DNA of 64,000 nucleotides from Clostridiales bacterium (GTDB lineage: Bacteria; Bacillota; Clostridia; Saccharofermentanales; Saccharofermentanaceae). Each line of letters opens with the position of its first letter. Within the stretch, counting starts at the first letter, position 1. The stretch spans positions 1 through 64,000 of the forward strand of contig JAFWDK010000019.1 of assembly GCA_017513085.1 (NCBI GenBank), in the 5' to 3' direction. Made by a program: the position numbers and the translations under genes. Shown here piece after piece: positions 38,283 to 49,040 of the stretch. Below the pieces are notes generated by a model. The model was not told the DNA's origin and searched no databases. It worked only from the letters and a program-made list of their open reading frames with translations.

Positions 38283-39304
38283 TGACGCTCCAAAAAGGTT
38301 GTCGCCTTTTCGACGATCTCCCTGACAAAAGTATCGATATCCGTATCCTTACCGGAGAATCCGGAAGCACGGTGATGTCCGCCGCCTCCCATAATCTGGG
38401 CAAAAGCAGCTGCATCAAATCCTTCTTTAGATCGGCAATTCACCCTGATCGTGCCGTCCTCACACTCTCTTACCGCAAAAGCAGCCAGTACGGTGTCGAT
38501 GTCGCGAAGAATATTCGCGATCCCATCCGCTGCGCCATCGGGGGCTTGTGTTTCTTCCATCATTTTCATCGTGATCTTGGTGATCGCGATCTTATCCTGA
38601 TCGAAAAGCTGCATGGCATTCATTGCCTGCGCCTGAAGAAGCACTTTCCCTTTGGAAGACTCGTCGAACAGATGGTACGCATTATCCGAGATATTGGCGC
38701 CCAGCTCCAGAAGATCCGCAGCCGCCCGGAAAGTCTTCGGATTCGTATTCTCGTAAGAAAACTTGCCGGAATCCGACTGGATGCCGACCATGAGCCAGTT
38801 GGCATTATCCTGATCAAGCAGTTTCTTTCCCGTCATTTCTTCCAGTTCACGAAGAAAAGCATAAACCAACTCGGACGCAGACGCGGCCTTCGGGTCAATA
38901 TAGGAATTCTCACAACTGTTTTCCACCGAAACATGATGATCGATCACAAGCTTTGTTTTCGCCTGTGCAAAAAGCGCTTCGCATCCGCCCATGCGGTGTG
39001 CTTCCGCGCAATCCACGGCAAATGCCAGGCCTTGTGCTTCTTTGGCACTCTCCTCGTTTTCCAAAGTTACGATACGATACAACTCTTCCGGGATCTCCAT
39101 GAAATATAGACGCGGAGGAATCGGGGCATCCAACATGACTTTCGCGTGAATTCCCATTCGAAGGAATCCGCTGGCCAGCGCGCAGGCTGAACCGACGGCA
39201 TCTCCGTCCACACGCGTGTGCGGGAAGATCTGGATTTCTTTATTCTCAAGGCAAGCAAAGCAGGCATACGCCTGCTTTGCAAAATCACTCATTTCTACGG
39301 GCAC
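38279..39304 (-). CDS. nrnA: DHH-family oligoribonuclease/pAp phosphatase NrnA
   Basis: DGDAVGS, IDHH and GGGGHHRASG; rbfA-DHH-truB synteny. Confidence 0.88.
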   Translation of the reverse strand: MPVEMSDFAKQAYACFACLENKEIQIFPHTRVDGDAVGSACALASGFLRMGIHAKVMLDAPIPPRLYFMEIPEELYRIVTLENEESAKEAQGLAFAVDCAEAHRMGGCEALFAQAKTKLVIDHHVSVENSCENSYIDPKAASASELVYAFLRELEEMTGKKLLDQDNANWLMVGIQSDSGKFSYENTNPKTFRAAADLLELGANISDNAYHLFDESSKGKVLLQAQAMNAMQLFDQDKIAITKITMKMMEETQAPDGAADGIANILRDIDTVLAAFAVRECEDGTIRVNCRSKEGFDAAAFAQIMGGGGHHRASGFSGKDTDIDTFVREIVEKATTFLERQ

Positions 39305-39659
39305 GTTCTTCGTCCTCCTTGATGGTACGATCGATCAGATCCATAAGTTCCATGCTCTTCTCGATAGACTCATCCAGTTTAAAGTGCAATTCCGGCGCGA
39401 CGCGCAACTTGATGCGCTTGGCCACTTCGCGTCTGATAAAACCGGAAGCGCGCTCCATCGCCTCCATGCATGCGTCTTTCTCTGCTTTGGATCCATAGAC
39501 CGAAAGAAAGACGTTGGCATGTGTAAGGTCAGAAGACATACGCACTTCCATAACAGAAGTCATCATCGGGATACGCGGATCCTTCACTTCTGTCTGCAGA
39601 AGTTGAGATATCACTTTCTGCATCTCATCGCCCACTCGGGCAGCACGGTTTTGTCTCAT
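39285..39659 (-). CDS. rbfA: Ribosome-binding factor A
   Basis: KDPRI, SSDL..A, ASGFIRRE and LRVAPELHFKLDES. Confidence 0.96.
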   Translation of the reverse strand: MRQNRAARVGDEMQKVISQLLQTEVKDPRIPMMTSVMEVRMSSDLTHANVFLSVYGSKAEKDACMEAMERASGFIRREVAKRIKLRVAPELHFKLDESIEKSMELMDLIDRTIKEDEERARRNE

Positions 39660-39672
39660 ATTCTCGTCCTAC

Positions 39673-42555
39673 TTATTTTCTCTTGATCTCCTGCATCTCG
39701 AAGACTTCAATGATATCGCCTTCTTCGATGTCGTTATAGTTCTCGATAGAAAGACCGCATTCATAACCGGCAGCAACTTCCTTCGCATCGTCCTTGAATC
39801 GCTTGAGGGAAGCAAGCTTACCCTGATGCACAACGATACCGTTTCGTACGATACGTACTTCAGAAGAACGAAGGATCTTACCATCCTGAACATACGCACC
39901 ACCGATCGTACCGACAGACGATACCTTGAATGTCTGGCGGATCTCGACGTGACCGAGCACCACTTCTTCGAACTGCGGCTTGAGCATTCCCTTCATGGCG
40001 TTCTCAATATCCTCGATCGCGTTATAGATAACGCTGTAGAGCTTAATATCCACGCCGACGCTCTTAGCCTGCTCGGTAACCACTGCGCTCGGACGAACGT
40101 TAAAGCCGATGATAACGGCATTGGATACGTCAGCGAGAGTAACATCGGACTCGGTGATCGTACCGACGCCACCATGGATGACTTTTACGCGGACTTCATC
40201 ATTAGACAGCTTCTCCAAAGACTGGGTAACCGCCTCGACAGAACCCTGTACGTCGGCCTTGATAATAAGATTGAGATCTTTGATCTCGCCCTCTGCAAGT
40301 ACCTGAGACAAGGTTTCGAGAGTCATTCTCGAAGACTTGTGGAGCTGTTCTTCTCTCTGCTTGATCTTTCTCTTTTCAACCAGCTGACGGGCCATCTTCT
40401 CATCGGTTACCGCATAGAAGGTCTCGCCTGCTTCCGGTACTTCCGGAAGACCTAAGATCTCTACCGGTACAGAAGGACCTGCCTTCTTCTGGGCAGTACC
40501 GTTTTCATCGTACATGGCACGGATATGACCGAAGATCGGACCGGTAACGACTGTGTCGCCGGCACGAAGTGTACCACGCTGAACAAGAACGGTAGCAACC
40601 GGACCTCTGTTCTTATCGAGCTTAGCCTCGATAACAGTACCCTTCGCCTGACGCTTCGGATCCGCTTTCAGTTCCATAACATCAGCAGTGAGAAGCACCA
40701 TCTCGAGAAGATCGTCAATACCTTCACCGGACTTACTGGAAACCGGAACCATGATCGTGGATCCGCCCCATTCTTCCGGAAGGAGACCCTGAGAAGAAAG
40801 CTCCTGCTTTACTCTATCCGGGTTTGCGCCAACCTTATCGATCTTCGTGATCGCTACAATGATCTCGGTGTTAGCAGCTCTTGCATGGTTGATCGCCTCG
40901 ATCGTCTGCGGCATGACACCATCATCTGCAGCAACGACCAGGATCGCGATATCGGTAACCTGTGCACCACGGGCACGCATCGTTGTAAACGCTTCGTGAC
41001 CAGGCGTATCGAGGAATGTGATCTGTCTACCCTTGCAACGAACTGTATACGCACCGATGTGCTGGGTGATACCACCGGCCTCACCTTTTACAACAGAAGC
41101 CGAACGGATCTTATCGAGGAGTGAAGTCTTACCATGGTCAACGTGACCCATAACCACCACGATCGGCGGACGCGGTTTCATGTTCTCCTCGTTATCCTCG
41201 CTATCGTCAAAGAGGATATCCTCTTCGGTAACCTCTACGATCGGCTCTGTAGTGATGCCGTACTCAGAAGCAACCAGCGCTGCTGTATCGTAGTCCAGCT
41301 CCTGATTGAGCGTAACCAGCATCCCCATCGTCATGAGCGTCTTGATAACATCCGCACTACGCTTGCCAAGGCCCTCGGCCAGTTCTTTTACCGTGATGAA
41401 AGGCGGAAGCTCAACATGCGTAAGCTGAGCGTGCACCACCGGAGCTGCCGCTACGAAAGACTGGCGCTTCACCTTCTTTTTACCCTTGTTATCTCTGTAC
41501 ATCGAATCGAGTACAGCATCATCGGAAAGAAGATCGGATGCATTACCTGTAAAACGGTTTGCGCTCTTGTTGCCGGAACGACGGTCAGCATTGGCATTAC
41601 TGCTCTTCTGGTTATCTTTCTTCGAATCCTTCTGTGGCTCTTTGCGGCTCTTCTCGTAAGCATCACGTGCAGCGAAGTTTGCCTTCTCCTTTGTTGCCTC
41701 CGGCGGAAGATCCTGCTTCGGCTTGGAGCTCTTCTTCGGCTGGTTTCTATTATTGTTGTAAATATCGTCATCATCTTTGTCTTTTGGAGAGAATCCGCCA
41801 AAAGAACCGCCGCGCGAGCCTCTGTTCTGACCTGGTGTGCCGCCTTGACGTGGGCCGCCCTGCGGTCTGTCGCCGCGTCCCTGGTAACCGCCTTGCGGTC
41901 TGTCACCTCTGCCCTGATAGTTGCCACGGTTTGCGCCCTGTCCCTGCGGACGGACAAACGTGGAAGTTTCACGCGTATAACCTGCAGAAGGTGCTTTGAC
42001 CACAGCGGAGGAAAGACGCGGTCCTTCACTCTTCGGCTCTTCTTTTTTCGGAGCCTCCGGAGCAGCAGGCTTGGCTGCCGGAGCTTCCGGCTCTTTCTTC
42101 TCTGCCTTTTCAGGAACTTCTTCCTTGACTGCAACAGGTTCTTTTGTTTCTTTCACCGGCTTCGGTTCTTCTTTTACGACCGGAGCTTTCTCTTCCTTGG
42201 GTTCCTTAACTGCTTTTTCTTCCTTAGCAGCCTTGGTGGCCTTAGTCGTCTTCTTCGGAGCCGCAGGCTCTTCTGTCTTCTTCTCTTCGGCTGCTTTTTC
42301 CACAGGAACCTTCGGTGCCGGTTCCACAACAGGTGCTTTCACCGGTGCTTCCTTGGCCTTTGGCTCTTCCACTTTGGCAACTGTCTCAGTACCCTCTTCC
42401 GTCGGAGGTTTCTTGGCCTTCTTATTTACACGCCCGACACGAAGAGTCTTGGTACCGGAAATACCGCTTACCGTTCTCTTAAGGCCTTGTGAAGAATCAG
42501 CCTTGTTCTCGGCTTTTTCCTCTCCTGGTGTTACTTTCTTTTTGTCTTCTGCCAT
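39673..42555 (-). CDS. infB: Translation initiation factor IF-2
   Basis: [26 protein letters not shown] and DTPGHEAFT; GGAGG RBS before 42555. Confidence 0.98.
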   Translation of the reverse strand: MAEDKKKVTPGEEKAENKADSSQGLKRTVSGISGTKTLRVGRVNKKAKKPPTEEGTETVAKVEEPKAKEAPVKAPVVEPAPKVPVEKAAEEKKTEEPAAPKKTTKATKAAKEEKAVKEPKEEKAPVVKEEPKPVKETKEPVAVKEEVPEKAEKKEPEAPAAKPAAPEAPKKEEPKSEGPRLSSAVVKAPSAGYTRETSTFVRPQGQGANRGNYQGRGDRPQGGYQGRGDRPQGGPRQGGTPGQNRGSRGGSFGGFSPKDKDDDDIYNNNRNQPKKSSKPKQDLPPEATKEKANFAARDAYEKSRKEPQKDSKKDNQKSSNANADRRSGNKSANRFTGNASDLLSDDAVLDSMYRDNKGKKKVKRQSFVAAAPVVHAQLTHVELPPFITVKELAEGLGKRSADVIKTLMTMGMLVTLNQELDYDTAALVASEYGITTEPIVEVTEEDILFDDSEDNEENMKPRPPIVVVMGHVDHGKTSLLDKIRSASVVKGEAGGITQHIGAYTVRCKGRQITFLDTPGHEAFTTMRARGAQVTDIAILVVAADDGVMPQTIEAINHARAANTEIIVAITKIDKVGANPDRVKQELSSQGLLPEEWGGSTIMVPVSSKSGEGIDDLLEMVLLTADVMELKADPKRQAKGTVIEAKLDKNRGPVATVLVQRGTLRAGDTVVTGPIFGHIRAMYDENGTAQKKAGPSVPVEILGLPEVPEAGETFYAVTDEKMARQLVEKRKIKQREEQLHKSSRMTLETLSQVLAEGEIKDLNLIIKADVQGSVEAVTQSLEKLSNDEVRVKVIHGGVGTITESDVTLADVSNAVIIGFNVRPSAVVTEQAKSVGVDIKLYSVIYNAIEDIENAMKGMLKPQFEEVVLGHVEIRQTFKVSSVGTIGGAYVQDGKILRSSEVRIVRNGIVVHQGKLASLKRFKDDAKEVAAGYECGLSIENYNDIEEGDIIEVFEMQEIKRK

Positions 42556-42569
42556 TGTTTCCTCCTGCA

Positions 42570-42935
42570 TCATTCTGTCTTTCCATCAGACAGTTTACTT
42601 ATATATTCATCTATCATCTTCATTAGTTTTTCAGCAAACCCGGCATCGAGTATCGCTATGGCAATCCGCGAATCCCGTCCGATCGCTCTTCCTAATTCTT
42701 GATTACTTCCTATTACCCTGACCTTCGTCTCCTCCTCCGAAGCGATCCTGGTCAGTTTCTCCTTCTGCCGGTCAGAACCATCCTCAGCGAGGATCAACAG
42801 TTCCACTGCACCGGCATGGAGTGCCTGTTCCACCGCATCCGACCCGGAAGTCAGAAGAGATGCCCGATAAGCAAGTCCGATACTCGAAAGTATCCTTTCC
42901 TTGGTGACGACCTTACTCGTCTTTTCCTTTCTCAT
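42570..42935 (-). CDS. L7Ae-family RNA-binding protein (YlxQ-like)
   Basis: [13 protein letters not shown]...LLILAED...ELGRAIG; located between ylxR and infB. Confidence 0.88.
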   Translation of the reverse strand: MRKEKTSKVVTKERILSSIGLAYRASLLTSGSDAVEQALHAGAVELLILAEDGSDRQKEKLTRIASEEETKVRVIGSNQELGRAIGRDSRIAIAILDAGFAEKLMKMIDEYISKLSDGKTE

Positions 42936-43206
42936 CTTCTGCATCCACCTTTTCTTCAGTATCCAGAAGCTTCTCGGCGGCTCCCCGGTTGATCTTATCC
43001 TTAAGACCATATTCGAACCGATGCTGTTTGACCGCTTTCTCCAGACACTCCGGATTCTTACAAACATATGCGCCCCGGCCCGGCATCTTTCCGGTCGGAT
43101 CGACCGTCACTTCTCCGTCTTCCGTAGCAACGATACGGATCAGCTCTTTCTTCGGCAGACGTTCTCTACAGGTGATGCACATTCTCATTGGTATTTTCTT
43201 TGCCAT
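42913..43206 (-). CDS. ylxR: YlxR/RnpM family protein
   Basis: [19 protein letters not shown]...GRGAYVC. Confidence 0.93.
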   Translation of the reverse strand: MAKKIPMRMCITCRERLPKKELIRIVATEDGEVTVDPTGKMPGRGAYVCKNPECLEKAVKQHRFEYGLKDKINRGAAEKLLDTEEKVDAEDEKGKDE

Positions 43207-43246
43207 ATCTGAATGCCTTCTTTCTCAACCCGCGATCACGCTTATC

Positions 43247-44383
43247 TCAGGCCTTATCTTCCGAAGACTCATCGTCTACGACAGTAAAGTTCTCAACCAG
43301 ATCGTTCTGCACCATCTGCTGGAATTGGCTGGAGCTCTTGATATCGATCTTCCAACCCGTCAGTCTTGCCGCCAGACGTACATTCTGTCCGGCACGGCCG
43401 ATTGCCAGAGAATACTGCTGGTCCGGAACGATAACCTGAGCGTTCATCTCTTTAGTACCATCTTCATTTGTGATGATCTCAGTATCCACACGCTCAACCT
43501 TTGCCGGAGAAAGCGCGTTGCTGATGAATACAGCCGGATCATCGCTATACTGGATCACATCGATCTTCTCCTGGCCAAGCTCATCCATGATCGCCTGGAT
43601 ACGTGCGCCACGCTGACCTACACAAGCGCCGAGCGGGTCGACATCCGGATCACGGGAAACTACTGCAACCTTGGAACGGGAACCTGCCTCACGGGCAACA
43701 TTCACGATCTCTACGATACCGTCATGGATCTCCGGAACCTCCTGTTCCAGAAGCTTTCTGACCAGATTCGGATGGCTTCGGGAAACAATGATCATCGGAC
43801 GCTCTTTTTCGATCTGAACACGAAGGATCAGGAACTTCATTCTCTTATTGAAAGAATAGTCCTCATCTTTAACCTGTTCCTGACGAGGAAGAGTCGCTTC
43901 CGCACGGCCGATATCAACAAAAACGAAACGATTGTCACTTCTTTGGATCACACCGGTAGCGAGCTCACCCTGTCTATCGGAGAACTCCGACTCGATACGG
44001 CTGTTCTCGGTATCACGAAGCTTCTTGCTGATTGCATCCTTAGCCACCTTGGCAGCCAAACGTCCCAGAGATTCAACATCCATATTCATCTCGATCGTAT
44101 CGCCCTCTTCCAGATCCGGGTCGATCTCTTTCGCCTCTTCCAGCGAGATCTGTGTATTCGGGTTGGTTACCTCGGCAACAACTTCCACTTCTTCATATAC
44201 GGAGATCTCACCGGTCTCACGGTCGATTTCCGCAAAAACCTGCTCATTCTCCTTTGCATCTGCGAATTCTCTCTTAAAAGCAGCAACAAGTGCCTCTTCT
44301 ACCGCCTCAAAAAGCACTTCCTCTTCGAGTCCTCTTTCCTTCGCTACAGCCTGAAGCGCCAGCAACAATTCTTCGTTTTTCAT
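43247..44383 (-). CDS. nusA: Transcription termination factor NusA
   Basis: [26 protein letters not shown] and [22 protein letters not shown]. Confidence 0.98.
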   Translation of the reverse strand: MKNEELLLALQAVAKERGLEEEVLFEAVEEALVAAFKREFADAKENEQVFAEIDRETGEISVYEEVEVVAEVTNPNTQISLEEAKEIDPDLEEGDTIEMNMDVESLGRLAAKVAKDAISKKLRDTENSRIESEFSDRQGELATGVIQRSDNRFVFVDIGRAEATLPRQEQVKDEDYSFNKRMKFLILRVQIEKERPMIIVSRSHPNLVRKLLEQEVPEIHDGIVEIVNVAREAGSRSKVAVVSRDPDVDPLGACVGQRGARIQAIMDELGQEKIDVIQYSDDPAVFISNALSPAKVERVDTEIITNEDGTKEMNAQVIVPDQQYSLAIGRAGQNVRLAARLTGWKIDIKSSSQFQQMVQNDLVENFTVVDDESSEDKA

Positions 44384-44420
44384 ACAAACTCTCCTTATCT
44401 TTATCGTTTTGGTTTACTGA

Positions 44421-44882
44421 TCAAAAATGTATCGTTCGTTGTGCCTTGGATATCTTCTCCCATGTGATCTCGATCTTCTCCTGACCGACCGTTAGGATCA
44501 GTTTCTCCTCATCTGCACTATCGATGATCCCTTCAAGATGTTTTACGCCGTTTATCGGTGCGAACAGAGATACTTCGATTTCTTCCCCCTGGTGTCGGAG
44601 ATAGTCCGCAAGACATGTAAAAGGTCTTGTCGCTCCCGGTGAGGAAACCTCAAAGTAATCCGGATCCGCATGGAGTTTTCCGTCCAGTGCTTCATCCAAA
44701 GCCCGGCTCACCGTCTCGCAATCTTCGATCCCGATGCCGCCTCGCTTATCGATGAACATCCGGAGAAAGTAATATTGGCCCTCTTTCTTGTACTCGCAAT
44801 CCACAAGATCAAAACCCAGTTTTTTTACAATAGGTTCTGCGATCTCAAACGCTTCTTGCGCCACTTTCGATCTTGCCGCCAT
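44421..44882 (-). CDS. rimP: Ribosome maturation factor RimP
   Basis: LRMFIDK.GGI.IEDCE.VSR and EVSSPG; GGAGGG RBS. Confidence 0.95.
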   Translation of the reverse strand: MAARSKVAQEAFEIAEPIVKKLGFDLVDCEYKKEGQYYFLRMFIDKRGGIGIEDCETVSRALDEALDGKLHADPDYFEVSSPGATRPFTCLADYLRHQGEEIEVSLFAPINGVKHLEGIIDSADEEKLILTVGQEKIEITWEKISKAQRTIHF

Positions 44883-44902
44883 ATACCCTCCGCATTTCCG
44901 AT

Positions 44903-44930
44903 AAACAAAAGAGTGGGCCACGACCCACTC
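44903..44930 (-). promoter_or_regulatory. rimP leader attenuator hairpin
   Basis: GAGTGGG-tcgtgg-CCCACTC followed by TTTTGTTT on the minus strand. A TTGCCA-17-TAGTAT promoter lies at 44987-44959. Confidence 0.75.
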
Positions 44931-45211
44931 TACTTAAAAAACCTCTAGTAACACAGATATACTATCACTTATTATTTCAACTGGCAAGTTTTTTTCGTAA
45001 ACCGATTCAAAAGAACTGCAATTTCTAGCTTTTTCCTGTTTCCGACGCCGCAAACCTTGTCAAATCAGTCTTCCCGGCACTTTGTTTTATTTACACAATT
45101 TTAACTAACTTTTTCTTCAAAATGCTATTCAAATTATCCAAGTTATCATGTAGAATAGAATTAATCCAAATTAATCCGTTGGATAATCAACAAAACAAGG
45201 AGATGATGCCA

Positions 45212-45616
45212 ATGATAAAGGTAATTGCAGGAGAAAAGGGAACAGGAAAGACAGCTCAGCTCGTAGAGGACATTAACGAGCAGGCTACCACGGACAACAA
45301 TATCGTATGCATCCAGCGTGGACACCGCCTCGACCGTCTTTTGAAATACAGAGTCCGTCTTGTGGACCTTGATGAGTATCCGGTTGAAGGTTTTGAACAA
45401 TTCTTAAGTTTTGTAGCCGGCATATGTGCCAAAGACTACGACGTTACACACATCTATGTGGACAGCATTTTGAAAATTACAGGCGAGACTGATTTTGAGA
45501 GATTCGGAGCTTTCCTTGATAAACTCAATTCTTTCCTCGGAGAAAAGATCACAGCGACAATTATCTGCAGCCGCGCGGCTGATGTTCTCCCTGAGAGCGT
45601 TACCAAGTACTGCTGA
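45212..45616 (+). CDS. Small P-loop protein conserved in Clostridia (often loosely labelled PilT-like)
   Basis: MIKVIAGEKGTGKT, GICAKDYDVTHIYVDSILKI; AAGGAG RBS. Confidence 0.75.
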   Translation: MIKVIAGEKGTGKTAQLVEDINEQATTDNNIVCIQRGHRLDRLLKYRVRLVDLDEYPVEGFEQFLSFVAGICAKDYDVTHIYVDSILKITGETDFERFGAFLDKLNSFLGEKITATIICSRAADVLPESVTKYC

Positions 45617-45656
45617 GAAATATAAACAGCGCATCCAAAACTTAATAGATAAAGCA

Positions 45657-45686
45657 AAGAGGTTGTCTCACACGAGGCAACCTCTT
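45657..45686. terminator. Hairpin terminator between convergent genes
   Basis: AAGAGGTTGTCTC-acac-GAGGCAACCTCTT. Confidence 0.7.
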
Positions 45687-45707
45687 CTCATCTGATTCGT
45701 TTTGGGG

Positions 45708-46193
45708 TTACAGAGAAAACTCAACAGCAACCCGATATGTTTTTCTCTCTGTGACTTCAACATCTTCATAGGTAAACAAGTTCACAGCCTGCGCAAACCG
45801 ATAATGACCGGAAGGTAATTTCCCGTACATCTCCGTAGTATCGAAAGTATGGACATCCTCACCGTTTTGCCACAAGCTCTTCCCACTCCCCATAAATGTC
45901 AGTTGCGGCGGTACAGTATACCATTCACCCTTATACTCGTATTCGATCGAGAATTGTTCACTATACGCACACTCCTTATCCGAGAGGTTCTTCAACCTTA
46001 CTTCCAGAGTCTGTCCCTCTTGCGATACCAGTTGATACTCCAGTGAGATGTCTTCCGCAGGAACGATCCATAACCTGGACTTTTCAGGATACGGATTCCC
46101 TTTGTTCCGGCAACCAGCGAAAGAAAAACTCACCGCCAAAATCAAAAAGTTTACAAATACTCTCACATTTGATATTCGGTTTGAAGTATTCAT
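45708..46193 (-). CDS. Putative lipoprotein with Ig-like beta-sandwich domain
   Basis: Signal peptide with lipobox FAGC; LKNLSDKE..YSEQFSIE...W, YGKLPSGHYRF and VAVEF pattern. Confidence 0.7.
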   Translation of the reverse strand: MNTSNRISNVRVFVNFLILAVSFSFAGCRNKGNPYPEKSRLWIVPAEDISLEYQLVSQEGQTLEVRLKNLSDKECAYSEQFSIEYEYKGEWYTVPPQLTFMGSGKSLWQNGEDVHTFDTTEMYGKLPSGHYRFAQAVNLFTYEDVEVTERKTYRVAVEFSL

Positions 46194-46212
46194 CAGTATC
46201 ACCATTCTTTCA

Positions 46213-47544
46213 TTACTCACAGACTTCATATTTTTCATAGAGCGTCAGTAGCGTCTGATAAAAAAGATCTTCTGCTGTTTCTAGTTCAGAAACACAAACA
46301 CCGCTAAAAGCGAAACTCTTATTTCCTGCATCTTTAGGAATCGGAATCCCCTGACAGGTTCCGATAATAAACAACGCCAAGAAAGATGTGATCATGAATT
46401 TCGAACATCTGCCAAAGTCTAGTTCTCTCCACAGAAAGTCCATCGGCGGCTCTAGTAGATTAGAGTATTTCTCATCATCTCTGTAATAAACATATTCATC
46501 AATAAGTCCTGCAACATCGAATTCATAGTTTTGGGAGAAATTCTTCATGGTCGGAGTAATAATTTTAGGCACTAAAAACCGTCGTGTAAAATCACTGACA
46601 TGTCTCCCGCCATACTCGAGCAATCCGGGAAAATACTGTGAAAAAGAATACTGATAACTTTCAGATCCTAGTCCATAATTTACGTAATCCATTTTAAACA
46701 TATCAAGATACTTATCCCACCAACGCTCTCCTGAAACCTTCATCTTATCAACTTCACTTATTTCGAGAATCCTGTTTCTTGTACTGTTCGTCTGCTCACA
46801 GAATTCATTATATATATCCCTGTGATGAACTCTGGCAGGATTTGTGATAAAGGCAACCTGGCATAAAGCGATATACTCTTTTTCTTCCGCATATTTTCGA
46901 CAAAAAGAAAGCGCCTCCTGTTCTGTTCGCTCTTTCAACTGGTCTGTTTCTCTCGATTGATAATCAAAACGAGAATACCCAAGTTCCTGTTTTGAATCCT
47001 TGATCTCCTCTTTAAATACTTTTTTCCCCTTAACTGGTTTTTCACCCTTTTTTACCCTTTCGAGATACTCCATCGTTAGTTTCTTCGCCGATCCTCCGAT
47101 GTTATTTTTCGTGTTCTTCAATGCATATAAGAAAATGCCAGCAAGAAAACTTGAAAGATCAACCTCATCCGATAAGTCAGCCTTACATATCCCATTCACC
47201 ACATCAACAACCGTCTCATCAGCGATTTCTTGCGTTTCCTGTATCATCAGAATCAGCGTATCCCTAACATTATTTCTTTCATTCTCTTTAATCAACACAA
47301 CAACCTGATTACGAAAATACTCTGCGATAGTTTTATAATCGTCCACAGAAAGGTTTCCTAAGGCATCCATTAAATACCCCGAAGGATTCTTCGAACCTCT
47401 GGCAATATTGGATGCTGCTTCATTACTAACCTCTTCGCAACCCTTATCTATGCTTCGAAAAATAGTCTCAACAATCTTCGCCTGTTTCGTTCCTTCATTC
47501 TTACATTCAACAACTGCACTGATGATGCAACCTATGCAAAACAT
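46213..47544 (-). CDS. Hypothetical protein (443 aa), divergent from the DUF4417 operon
   Basis: GGAGGAAG RBS before ATG 47544; open frame of 1332 nt; no recognisable catalytic motif. Confidence 0.75.
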   Translation of the reverse strand: MFCIGCIISAVVECKNEGTKQAKIVETIFRSIDKGCEEVSNEAASNIARGSKNPSGYLMDALGNLSVDDYKTIAEYFRNQVVVLIKENERNNVRDTLILMIQETQEIADETVVDVVNGICKADLSDEVDLSSFLAGIFLYALKNTKNNIGGSAKKLTMEYLERVKKGEKPVKGKKVFKEEIKDSKQELGYSRFDYQSRETDQLKERTEQEALSFCRKYAEEKEYIALCQVAFITNPARVHHRDIYNEFCEQTNSTRNRILEISEVDKMKVSGERWWDKYLDMFKMDYVNYGLGSESYQYSFSQYFPGLLEYGGRHVSDFTRRFLVPKIITPTMKNFSQNYEFDVAGLIDEYVYYRDDEKYSNLLEPPMDFLWRELDFGRCSKFMITSFLALFIIGTCQGIPIPKDAGNKSFAFSGVCVSELETAEDLFYQTLLTLYEKYEVCE

Positions 47545-47558
47545 ACTTCCTCCGTTTC

Positions 47559-47590
47559 GGGCAACTTCTGGGCAACTTCTGGGCAACTCG
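47559..47590. repeat. Three 11-bp direct repeats (GGGCAACTTCT x2, GGGCAACTCGC) in the divergent intergenic region
   Basis: Seen directly at 47559, 47570 and 47581. Confidence 0.9.
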
Positions 47591-47750
47591 CAGCCATGCC
47601 CATAATACCACAACTCCGCTATAGTAGGTAGTGTCAGAGAAACAACGACTGATCATCGATGTCCCGATTTCTCAGGCATTAACAGAAATCTGTGATTCCG
47701 CTATCGGGAAGTGGCATCACCTTCAAATCCAAAATGAAGGAGGAATCACA

Positions 47751-48485
47751 ATGATTCAAAATAATTTCAATGAACCCATCCGCAGTGGGTGCGCAGACAT
47801 GTGGAATGCCGTTATGGTTCGCGGTGCCGAATTTGTCTTAGGATCAGATATTCCTATCTGTCCCTGCACCGCTAAAGGCATACCCAAGAAACTGATATCT
47901 TATGTAGAAGCCAAACATATTCATAAGATAAACCTCAAGTCTAATCCTGATTATCACATTGATGCCTATGTGCATTTTTATGTTGATGATCAGAAGTTTG
48001 ACGGTCCCAGAAGCAGTATATGGCTTTATCCCTATGAAGCGTTGGAAGTTTTTCGCCATTTTGCCGGTGTGATCACTGTAGACTTTTCAACCAATGCGGA
48101 CTTTCCTGATCCGATCAAGCGGTATAACACATATCGCATGAGGGCTTTGGGTTTCTGGCTTGGATCACAGGGAATCTCTGTCATCAATAATGTCCGTTGG
48201 GGCACCGAAGAAACTTGGGATTACTGTTTCGATGGCATTCCTTATAACAGCATTATTGCTATCGGAACCGTAGCAAGTGGAATTAGAAAATTAGAGAATC
48301 GATCCGACTTTGAAAGAGGACTTTTCAAAATGGTCGAAGTGCTTAATCCTCATACTATCATCATTTATGGTTCGGCTAATTATGTTTGCTTCAAAACGCT
48401 TATTAATATGGGGATTCGGATTATTTCTTTTCCCAGTGATACAAGTCTCTCTTTCGTATCCAAGAAAGGAGGTCCCAATGTCTAA
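47751..48485 (+). CDS. DUF4417 domain-containing protein
   Basis: VHFYVDDQKF, GVITVDFS..DFP, YNTYR, G..VINNVRWG, CFDGIP and IIIYG; GGAGG RBS before ATG 47751. Confidence 0.85.
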   Translation: MIQNNFNEPIRSGCADMWNAVMVRGAEFVLGSDIPICPCTAKGIPKKLISYVEAKHIHKINLKSNPDYHIDAYVHFYVDDQKFDGPRSSIWLYPYEALEVFRHFAGVITVDFSTNADFPDPIKRYNTYRMRALGFWLGSQGISVINNVRWGTEETWDYCFDGIPYNSIIAIGTVASGIRKLENRSDFERGLFKMVEVLNPHTIIIYGSANYVCFKTLINMGIRIISFPSDTSLSFVSKKGGPNV

Positions 48486-49029
48486 ACCATGTAGCGGTCA
48501 TTTCAGCGGAACGACTGGTAGCAGAAACGCTTCAAAAAATCTTTCGCGTAATACCGACAGTAATGATATAATCTCTCCGAAGGGTCTTGATTTAAGAGAG
48601 CACCCTACGAAGTACAAGCAAATGAGTTCCAAAAAACTCAAAGCTCTCCGTGAAAAGGAAGCTAATCGCACCCTGACAAAAGAGGAATACAAACATAAAG
48701 AGTGGCAGCGTCGCTTAACAGCTCGTCGTAAAGAGGCCATTACACAGTTTTGGAAAAAAGAGCGTAGACTCATCAAGCTTAATCTTCCAACCACCCGCAA
48801 CTGGAGTGCAGCTCAACGACAGGAAATACTGTCTGGTAAGCAGCCAAAATATAAAGGCAAAACAATGGCTAGTCACAACATGTATAGCGTCGCAAAGTAC
48901 CCTCACCTGGCAAATCGCAAGGAACTGATATATCCCGTCACATTCTATGAACACGTATATGGATGGCATGGCGGTAATACCAAAAACAGTTTGCCGGGTA
49001 TTCCAATCAAAATGGTCAAAGAATTCTAG
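48478..49029 (+). CDS. Tox-GHH-like (HNH/EndoVII fold) nuclease toxin, 183 aa
   Basis: AITQFWKKER...TRNWSAAQRQEIL...SHNMYSVAKYPHLA...EH...WHGGN; AGGAGG RBS; overlaps the DUF4417 stop. Confidence 0.7.
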   Translation: MSKPCSGHFSGTTGSRNASKNLSRNTDSNDIISPKGLDLREHPTKYKQMSSKKLKALREKEANRTLTKEEYKHKEWQRRLTARRKEAITQFWKKERRLIKLNLPTTRNWSAAQRQEILSGKQPKYKGKTMASHNMYSVAKYPHLANRKELIYPVTFYEHVYGWHGGNTKNSLPGIPIKMVKEF

Positions 49030-49040
49030 GAGGAAACAAG

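Noticed and set aside
20493-44467. Long plus-strand ORFs opposite ftsZ, murE, infB and nusA (e.g. 20493..22007, 41134..42492, 42989..44467)
   Set aside because: Antisense shadows of strongly codon-biased core genes, with no RBS or recognisable motifs.
47545-47750. Longer starts for ORFs 46213..47613 and 47631..48485
   Set aside because: Strong RBSs precede ATG 47544 (minus) and ATG 47751 (plus); the extensions cover the repeats and promoter-like sequence.
48310-48477. Hydrophobic N-terminal extension of the toxin ORF as a signal or TM segment
   Set aside because: It overlaps the DUF4417 coding region in another frame, and an AGGAGG RBS precedes ATG 48478.
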